Assembly (NCBI GenBank): GCA_028281605.1
Contig: JANQJO010000060.1
Coordinates: 5-64,004 of the forward strand
Direction: 5' to 3'
Length of the DNA stretch: 64,000 nt
Source: Pseudomonadales bacterium
Lineage (GTDB): Bacteria; Pseudomonadota; Gammaproteobacteria; Pseudomonadales; JANQJO01
In this document: positions 55,781-61,905 of the stretch, piece by piece
Layout: each line of letters opens with the position of its first letter
Numbering within the stretch: the stretch's first letter is position 1
Program-made: the position numbers and the translations under genes
Notes under the pieces: model-generated
What the model was told of the DNA's origin: nothing
What the model saw: only the letters and a program-made list of their open reading frames with translations
Databases searched by the model: none

Positions 55781-56158
55781 TTAACTAACTTTTTTGCAGT
55801 AAACTGCTAATTCTTGTAACAACCCGAGATACTTTGTAAAAGGCATATTTGAAACTGGCGCGATCATGAAGTGATTAGCTCTGCCGGGGCGCAGGTCTTT
55901 TACCAACCGGAGTCCTGTTGGAATAGGCGTATTTCTCGCCAACTTCCAAGTATTGCGTTTATTTGGATCAAATGTTGATGAAAGAGAAACACCATTGCCA
56001 TTTGCAACTACTATTTCAATTCCATTTACCTTGTTAACCGCCACATCTTTAAATGCCCTTACATGATCGAGACGGGGCTGAGAGGAATTCCCAAATCGGT
56101 AAAGGTCAAGCAAAATGAAATCTGCTTCTTCAATGTACAAAAATTCCGGTCTTATCAT
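55781..56158 (-). CDS. Tse2-like putative toxin (125 aa)
   Basis: NGNGVSLSS...W.L...TPIPTGLRLVKD....ANHFMIAPVSNMPF..YLGLLQEL parallels the C-terminal half of P. aeruginosa Tse2 (..GGTSVF..IPDGTDIPPDLKV.QD...ATHYTIMPAKPM..), recalled from memory. Confidence 0.5.
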   Translation of the reverse strand: MIRPEFLYIEEADFILLDLYRFGNSSQPRLDHVRAFKDVAVNKVNGIEIVVANGNGVSLSSTFDPNKRNTWKLARNTPIPTGLRLVKDLRPGRANHFMIAPVSNMPFTKYLGLLQELAVYCKKVS

Positions 56159-56180
56159 TTCTTCTTCCTATATGTTTGAA

Positions 56181-56297
56181 TTAAAAGCTAACATAACGAC
56201 AAATTCCTATACCACTCTCTTGCTGTTCATAAAACTCTCGCCCACTAACCATATCTCCCACAGCTTCTTCTAATACTACTACATCTTCAATCTTCAT
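56181..56297 (-). pseudogene. RelE/ParE-family toxin gene truncated to 38 codons at a bare GTTAGC core site
   Basis: MKIEDVVVLEEAVGDMVSGREFYEQQESGIGICRYVSF stop. ATGA overlap with the upstream antitoxin. GCTAAC lies at 56187-56192 on the + strand. Confidence 0.5.
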
Positions 56298-56500
56298 GAC
56301 TTATAATACTCGCGAAGTTTATCAAGAGGTATAAAATTAGCCTCACCACTCTCGATTTTTCTTTTACGAACAGCTAATACATCAGTATGCCAATCAGGGG
56401 AGCTTATCTCAGAATCTTCATTTATCAAAGAACCCCACAGAGCCTCCATGGTTCTCAGCTTTTCTACAACACTCATATTTTCTATCTCACTGTTTTTCAT
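56294..56500 (-). CDS. addiction-module antitoxin component (TIGR02574/Unstab_antitox-like)
   Basis: MSVVEKLRTMEALWGSL....WHTDVLAVRKRKIESGEANFIP. Confidence 0.7.
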   Translation of the reverse strand: MKNSEIENMSVVEKLRTMEALWGSLINEDSEISSPDWHTDVLAVRKRKIESGEANFIPLDKLREYYKS

Positions 56501-56533
56501 ATCTAGTTTCTCCTAATTCTGATTTTTGCGTGA

Positions 56534-56658
56534 TGCTAACGCCCTAATAACTGGCCCAAAAAACCTTCCAGAGCCTACCCAAGAACTCCGTACTATCAGC
56601 AACCCCATTCTCAAAAGAACCCAAGGTTTTTTGGGTCCAGTTCATTAGTTGGTTATAT
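56534..56658 (-). repeat. attC site
   Basis: TGCTAAC...GTTATAT with arms CTGGCCCAAAAAACC and GGTTTTTTGGGTCCAG. Confidence 0.65.
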
Positions 56659-56730
56659 GGCACGGCCTCTTCTATCCAACTGCCTATTACTTATCAGTTT
56701 AGACAGACTATCAGAAGCCCCGAATAAAAA

Positions 56731-57079
56731 TTAAGCACCATCGCCTCCGCCTCGCAACAACTCAATCACAGCTACACGAACCTGCTCTAACTTCTCCTTT
56801 GTCACATCACCTACAATACGCTGAAACAACGATTGATTTGCTGTAAACAAATTTTCCAGGCCTAACATAACTCACTCTTTTCAAGCTACCTGACTGAAGA
56901 TCTACATCACTTACTTCTATTGCCGATGTATCAGAGTAAGGGTTACTGGTAATTTGTACACAAACCCAATCCCCACGACCAGAACATGCTAGAACCAGAG
57001 CCGGCCTTAACTTTGAAGCCGACAAATCAGAAAATGGAAAAGGAACCAGCACCACCGCACCTATTGAAGGTGTGACCAT
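56731..57079 (-). pseudogene. mazF: MazF/PemK-family toxin gene with a frameshift near 56850-56862
   Basis: The N-terminal part, VVLVPFPFSDLSASKLRPALVL...VRPGK, runs into a stop at 56807. Another frame continues ENLFTANQSLFQRIVGDVTKEKLEQVRVAVIELLRGG to the stop at 56731. Confidence 0.7.
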
Positions 57080-57270
57080 GCCTCATCCTCCTCTGGCTTT
57101 AACCAATCTGTTGATAAACTAGACTCAGACAGCAATGCTGTCTCAAGTGCTTCAAGCGGTGGCTCTTCAAGAATAGTGACCAATGCACGACGTACACCTT
57201 TCACTTTAAGTGGCTCCGCTAAATGAATCTGGCCTTTTTCATCAACCGTAGCTTCCACTGTACGTATCAT
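57061..57270 (-). CDS. small antitoxin-like protein upstream of mazF
   Basis: MIRTVEATVDEKGQIHLAEPLKVKGVRRALVTILEE. ATG at 57270 lies 8 nt after GAGGA. It overlaps the mazF start. Confidence 0.65.
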   Translation of the reverse strand: MIRTVEATVDEKGQIHLAEPLKVKGVRRALVTILEEPPLEALETALLSESSLSTDWLKPEEDEAWSHLQ

Positions 57271-57307
57271 TTTCAAATCCTCACTATATTTTCACTACTC
57301 AGATGCC

Positions 57308-57384
57308 TTATAACGCCGCTATCACAGGTGCCATAGCCGTAGCGAAGCGGAGGTTATGGCATCCTGTGGATAGCTTTGTTAGGC
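57308..57384 (-). repeat. attC site (conserved family)
   Basis: TTATAAC...GTTAGGC. The stop codon of the 57379 ORF lies inside it. Confidence 0.8.
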
Positions 57385-57606
57385 CATTCCTTTTTTCAAT
57401 ATTCCTTGGTCCAACTCAAGGGTATAGGACAGTATCGTATCAAGATTAATCCTATCTGATGCTTTGAGTATTTCTATTCCTACAAGTTTTCCGTCATTAG
57501 TGGTATCAATATTGATGCCTTCTGTTATTTCTATGGCACCCTCTGGTTCTTGATCACTTAGTTTTAAATACAAAGCATCAACTTCTTCATCATAATGTAC
57601 TTTCAT
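57379..57606 (-). CDS. DUF2283-family protein (putative antitoxin)
   Basis: MKVHYDEEVDALYLKLSD...DGKLVGIEILKAS. Confidence 0.7.
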   Translation of the reverse strand: MKVHYDEEVDALYLKLSDQEPEGAIEITEGINIDTTNDGKLVGIEILKASDRINLDTILSYTLELDQGILKKGMA

Positions 57607-57829
57607 TTTTTCTTCCTTTTTTCAGGGGGTAATTTGTAATCACAGTAATGGTATCACTTTCAACAGACATAACTACCTTTAAAGGATATTGAAAACCAGA
57701 TACCTCTCTTATAATTTCGTGTTCTCCATCCGCCAGATCTAAAGTACTTAATATATCTTCAATAGTAGATTGACTAATTTTATAAAGCTTTGCTCTTCTT
57801 TTTGCATGTCTTGAAAATTTTATTATCAC
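57590..57829 (-). CDS. DUF4258-family protein (putative toxin)
   Basis: (M)IIKFSRHAKRRAKLYKISQSTIEDIL. GTG start. It overlaps the DUF2283 gene by 17 nt. Confidence 0.65.
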   Translation of the reverse strand: MIIKFSRHAKRRAKLYKISQSTIEDILSTLDLADGEHEIIREVSGFQYPLKVVMSVESDTITVITNYPLKKGRKNESTL

Positions 57830-57874
57830 TTTACCTTATCTCTTAAATAGAGTTGTATCTTTGGAACTTTCTCG

Positions 57875-57952
57875 GCCTAACGCCCGCCACAACGGCGCGA
57901 GCTTGCGAGCGTCCGGCAGCCGAAGGCTGCGAATTGCTGGCGTTTGTTATAC
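57875..57952 (-). repeat. attC site
   Basis: GCCTAAC...GTTATAC. The stop codon of the TIR-like gene lies inside it. Confidence 0.75.
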
Positions 57953-58810
57953 GTGGGCATCACTTCTGAAGCCATCCATGTAATAAATATCATTGTGGCT
58001 CCACTTATCGATACCGTACACCTTGACTCCAGTGGCCACGATGAGAGATATCGAACTAGCTCCATGTAAGGGAGGTATGACGACATCCCTATCTACGAAA
58101 TATACGTCATGATCTCGAATTTTTACCTCTTTTAGATAGCTTTCCTTTGCACCATCTTCCCAAGCCTTAATTTCCGCTGGTGTTGCTGGCTTAGCAAAGG
58201 AAAAGAAATGGTGCTTTATAGATTCTAGAAGAGACTGAGATTGTTCGTTCGCCCTTTGAATATCATGATTCATACTCCAGATTTTTGATTGCGCATTGTG
58301 TAATTGCTGCCTTAATATTTCTGCTTCGCTGGTAGTTTCTCTTTTATTTTTTGATGCTTCTAACTTTTTAACGGACTGCTTTATTTTTGCACAACTTCCA
58401 GTTACTGCATCAGTTAAGTCAAGGTCTTGATCATCGTAGAAAGATGCGGTCACTCCGGCCAAATCTGTTGGTAAACGGAATGTGGTTCCAGCCGACTTAG
58501 GAACAAGAATAAAGCACTTTTCTAAACCAAGAGCACCAATGAACATACCCAGCTCTAGGACTACGTTGTCCCTAACAGAGCTGTACTCTTTTTCTCGTAT
58601 TAGAGTTTTATCGTCCGCATGGAAAACAAAAACCGCGTAATCAGCCTCTTTCGTTTTACCAATGAGAGTCGTAATAGCGATGGAAGACAAGTCGAAAGCA
58701 TTTTCCCAGAGCTTTACTCTCATTTCTTGCTCAAGCTTAATATGTACAGCTTCGGCAACTGATATAGCTTCAGATGAGGATGCTATAAATACTGATGGCT
58801 TATCACTCAT
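57947..58810 (-). CDS. TIR-like (COG4271/PF10137, Cap12/Pycsar-effector type) domain protein with coiled coil and unknown C-terminal domain, 287 aa
   Basis: KPSVFIASSSEAISVAEAVHIKLEQ..DYAVFVFHADD..RDNVVLELGMFIGALGLEKCFILVP..LPTDLAGVT. ATG at 58810 chosen, because the track TTG at 58909 lies inside the attC. Confidence 0.7.
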   Translation of the reverse strand: MSDKPSVFIASSSEAISVAEAVHIKLEQEMRVKLWENAFDLSSIAITTLIGKTKEADYAVFVFHADDKTLIREKEYSSVRDNVVLELGMFIGALGLEKCFILVPKSAGTTFRLPTDLAGVTASFYDDQDLDLTDAVTGSCAKIKQSVKKLEASKNKRETTSEAEILRQQLHNAQSKIWSMNHDIQRANEQSQSLLESIKHHFFSFAKPATPAEIKAWEDGAKESYLKEVKIRDHDVYFVDRDVVIPPLHGASSISLIVATGVKVYGIDKWSHNDIYYMDGFRSDAHV

Positions 58811-58836
58811 ATTTGTTTCCTTGCACGAATTTAAGC

Positions 58837-58908
58837 GTATAACGCTAAGCTCACCGGCGCTGATGTAGCGTAGCGGAATCGGCGTCCGAGTGCAGCGAAT
58901 TGTTAGCA
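58837..58908 (-). repeat. attC site
   Basis: GTATAAC...GTTAGCA. Confidence 0.75.
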
Positions 58909-59057
58909 ATATTATTGGGTTTTCGACGAACTAACCGATCGCCTACCTGAGTCTGATGGGTTTGATAGTCTTTACATATGGCATCAAGATCATAATTAAA
59001 TTGCTTGGAATGTTCGTCTCGGTAATATCTAATTTCTTCTACAATGGGATCTTTCAT
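58851..59057 (-). CDS. small protein downstream of the PIN gene (68 aa, C-terminus runs into attC)
   Basis: MKDPIVEEIRYYRDEHSKQFNYDLDAICKDYQ.... ATGA overlap with the PIN gene stop. Confidence 0.5.
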   Translation of the reverse strand: MKDPIVEEIRYYRDEHSKQFNYDLDAICKDYQTHQTQVGDRLVRRKPNNIANNSLHSDADSATLHQRR

Positions 59058-59530
59058 ACTTCATCTCCTAAGAACTCTTCTGGTGAACATATTTCTGGAC
59101 ATATCCAACCCCGACTTTCTATTATTTGCCTTATTTTCTTTCTTGTAAATGGGTTGTTTATGTGCTTGAAATTCCAAGTTACAATGACGTCCATTCCATT
59201 GGCTGCTGCAACTGCAATGTGTAGTGCGTCTTCAGGGCACTTTTCGGGAATTGCCTTATCAGTAAGTAACTGTTTAGCAAGTTCTTTTATTTCATCATCG
59301 ATTGCTAGCACCTGAAATTCGTCCAGCATTTCACGACGAAGTTTTGCTTGGACTTCATCGCCTTTTGATGCTTCTTGAATAACGATATCTGAAATAAATA
59401 CGCTATAGTCATTAAGATGATTCCAGAAATCCTGTGTAGATGCCTGATGAGCTGCAACTACAATGTTTTTCGATGGTCTTGCCACCAAATAACTAACAAC
59501 ACTGGTTTCTATGTATATATTTTGTCCCAT
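59054..59530 (-). CDS. PIN-domain protein (VapC-like)
   Basis: IYIETSVVSYL, ..ISDIVIQEA.., PEDALHIAVAAANGMDVIVTWNFKHI. Confidence 0.78.
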   Translation of the reverse strand: MGQNIYIETSVVSYLVARPSKNIVVAAHQASTQDFWNHLNDYSVFISDIVIQEASKGDEVQAKLRREMLDEFQVLAIDDEIKELAKQLLTDKAIPEKCPEDALHIAVAAANGMDVIVTWNFKHINNPFTRKKIRQIIESRGWICPEICSPEEFLGDEV

Positions 59531-59561
59531 TTGTTTATCGACTCAATGTAATTATTAGTGC

Positions 59562-60728
59562 TTATCTTGGCTCCGGTTTTTCAAATATGAAACGTGCTGA
59601 AAAAGGGCCTCGCCTGATTACCGGAGCACTTCCAAACAATGTAAAGTTCCATGGTTGTTCTATAAAACCTACTTCTGTAAATTTCTCAATCAACAGTTCC
59701 GCTGGCATATAAGAGTATGAAAAGGGCATACTTTCTCTTCGATTCAGAACATAATGCCCCCAATAGTCTTCTAGAGCTAGAACCTCAGCTTGTTCCTCAC
59801 AAGAAAGATCTAGATAATCGTTACTTATCGAAAAACAATCTTTTTTCCAAGGGCCATCAGGCCATATATCAGCAAATTCAAATCTTCTACTTACCTCGGT
59901 AAGCATCTGTCTATAAGTAAGGTGTGGAACGTCTCCATCACTATCCGTCGGTGCTTTGTGGTTACTCAAAAAGCCTTCTATAATGATTGCTACTCCACCA
60001 GGACGAAGAATTCTAAATATATTAACTATTTGTTTTTCCATTTGCCCTCGAGTCATGTGGTGAAGGCACCACTTTGTTACCACAACATCCCTAGAGTTGT
60101 CTTCTATGGGAACTTGAGAGGGGGTAGGTTGTATTCTATAATCTAACCGATCCTTATACTTTTCATCAGCTTCATGCCAATCATGAACATCAGTACCAAT
60201 AACTGTTACATCTTTTGAACCATATTGTGCATTCTGTAAATTTTCTATCCAGTTTAGATATGAAGCTTTGTCTGATACATTGTGAAAGTAGTCTAAAATT
60301 GCCTTGCCTAATTTATTTCTTCCAGCGCCTATATCGGCGATATCTAAGTACTGGTGTTCAGGGTGAATATAAAATAAGGGCTTTATTAATTTTAAATCCG
60401 AAGCATACAAAGCAATTTCGTTATAACTGTCTTCTACCGCTATATGATCGGCTAAATGATTTCCATGAGGTAACATTTCTTTCCAAAACTCCTCACACAC
60501 CTGATCAAGATCGTCGTCAATTCTATTTAGAATAAATTCAACTTCTCTTTGAGCCTTTTCGAGTGGGGAAATCTTTTTAGAGAAATATGTGAAGTAACTT
60601 GGTATGTTTGGCAGACGATAGTAGTCACTCAATATATCGGTTCGGTAGCGATGAGCTAACATCCTAATAAAGAGATTGGATACTTTATCATTTCTCAAAA
60701 TTTCTAAAGGGTTGCTTATGTTCCACAT
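59562..60728 (-). CDS. class I SAM-dependent methyltransferase-fold protein with unknown N- and C-terminal regions (388 aa)
   Basis: Motif I LDIADIGAGRNKLG, post-I VTVIGTDV, motif II DVVVTKWCLHHM, motif III LRPGGVAIIIEGF. No DPPY/NPPY-type DNA methyltransferase motif seen. Confidence 0.65.
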   Translation of the reverse strand: MWNISNPLEILRNDKVSNLFIRMLAHRYRTDILSDYYRLPNIPSYFTYFSKKISPLEKAQREVEFILNRIDDDLDQVCEEFWKEMLPHGNHLADHIAVEDSYNEIALYASDLKLIKPLFYIHPEHQYLDIADIGAGRNKLGKAILDYFHNVSDKASYLNWIENLQNAQYGSKDVTVIGTDVHDWHEADEKYKDRLDYRIQPTPSQVPIEDNSRDVVVTKWCLHHMTRGQMEKQIVNIFRILRPGGVAIIIEGFLSNHKAPTDSDGDVPHLTYRQMLTEVSRRFEFADIWPDGPWKKDCFSISNDYLDLSCEEQAEVLALEDYWGHYVLNRRESMPFSYSYMPAELLIEKFTEVGFIEQPWNFTLFGSAPVIRRGPFSARFIFEKPEPR

Positions 60729-60768
60729 ATTTATCGACCTTTAATTAGTACGAGAAATCGGCTTTGGG

Positions 60769-60845
60769 TGCTAACGCCGCCATCACAGGTGCCATAACCA
60801 AGGCGAAGCGACGGTTATGGTATCCTGTGGATGGCATTGTTAGCA
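60769..60845 (-). repeat. attC site (conserved family)
   Basis: TGCTAAC...GTTAGCA. The 354-aa ORF stops inside it at 60815. Confidence 0.8.
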
Positions 60846-61879
60846 TTTACCCGATAATTCATAACCTGACGATAATGCAGGCATTTGGTACTCTCTTCCT
60901 CTAAGAACACTTGATTTTCCACGTCAGGAAAACATTGCACAACACCTCGATGTCTAAATATCTCATCAGACAATGGATATCTAGCAAAAGGGTTATGGTA
61001 AACTTGTAAGCCATCCGTCAAACTTTCTTCGTGTTGATTTCTGGAACGAATTCGCTTTTCAGGTTTCCCATTCGGATCTGTTGCCCAGATTGAATATATT
61101 TCGGTGTGCACATCAGCATTGTCAACTATCGCGTTCAGTTTACCCCACGTAGCAGTACAACTAAATATAATCGCGCTTATTTGAGATAAAGAGTCATCCA
61201 TAAATATTCCTAGTGGAATCTCTGCTCCATTGTCTTTCTCTATAAAACCAAGTTCTTTAGCCGGAGGGCCTTCAGGATATCGTTCGGGATTTTTTAAATA
61301 TTCATCCTCATCGACATAGTAATCATACAATAGTGCCTTTATGGGTCGGTTGTATTGAAGATTGAACCCAGGTTGTTCAAATGGAGCGACAGCTATAACA
61401 AAAGCTTTATTTTTTACATGGTTTAACCTTGAGTATTTCTCATCATAAATTCTACATTTACTCAAAATACTATTTGATAAACGGATAATTGATTCCTTAT
61501 TCAGCTCATTAAATGAGATATCTTTGAGTTCTTCCTTTGTTAACATTCGATCCCATTCATTTGGTTTTAATTGTGCTGAATTGGCAGTAACGGCCTCAAC
61601 CAGAAATTGCTGATTTTTTAACTCCATACAAAAATCAGGTGAAGTATTTTTCCAATCAAAAATGGCTCCATATTCTTTGAAAACTGCATACAAGTATATT
61701 TCCCAAAAACACGAGTTGAATGTTTCTTGAAACTGTCTTACAAATTTACCATCTCGATCAGGAAACCCATCTGCCCACTCAATAAATTTGTTTCTTTCAG
61801 GCTCTTTCCAAGTAGCCAATACAGACTTGAAATTCTTGTGCTGCTTAGCAGTGTCAATTACAGGGTCAAAAAGCTTCAC
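60815..61879 (-). CDS. uncharacterised 354-aa cassette protein (possible PD-(D/E)xK-like N-terminal core)
   Basis: GTG start after GGAGG. FWEIYLYAVFKEYG ... SPDFCMELKNQQFLVEAVTAN is loosely nuclease-fold-like. Nothing else recognised. Confidence 0.55.
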   Translation of the reverse strand: MKLFDPVIDTAKQHKNFKSVLATWKEPERNKFIEWADGFPDRDGKFVRQFQETFNSCFWEIYLYAVFKEYGAIFDWKNTSPDFCMELKNQQFLVEAVTANSAQLKPNEWDRMLTKEELKDISFNELNKESIIRLSNSILSKCRIYDEKYSRLNHVKNKAFVIAVAPFEQPGFNLQYNRPIKALLYDYYVDEDEYLKNPERYPEGPPAKELGFIEKDNGAEIPLGIFMDDSLSQISAIIFSCTATWGKLNAIVDNADVHTEIYSIWATDPNGKPEKRIRSRNQHEESLTDGLQVYHNPFARYPLSDEIFRHRGVVQCFPDVENQVFLEEESTKCLHYRQVMNYRVNANNAIHRIP

Positions 61880-61899
61880 AACACCTCCAGTAGATAGAT

Positions 61900-61905
61900 G
61901 CTAAC
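61900..61905 (-). other. bare GCTAAC (GTTAGC) core junction upstream of the first cassette
   Basis: Same hexamer as the cassette-proximal end of the attC sites at 56535 and 60770, and of the bare junction at 56187. No convincing partner arm lies to the right. Confidence 0.45.

Larger units (their letters stand above)
52500..61905 (-). mobile_element. integron-type gene cassette array without integrase in window (CALIN-like), about 11 cassettes
   Basis: Nine attC-like imperfect inverted repeats with RYYYAAC...GTTRRRY ends, plus two bare GCTAAC junctions. 20 of 22 ORFs are co-oriented on the minus strand, and several stop codons lie inside the downstream site. Confidence 0.75.

Noticed and set aside
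52999-60845. Could the regularly spaced repeats be a CRISPR array?
   Set aside because: The repeats are 72-135 bp imperfect palindromes of variable length and sequence. The 'spacers' are 0.09-1.9 kb and carry genes with their own RBS, and there are no cas genes. The architecture fits attC sites, not CRISPR.
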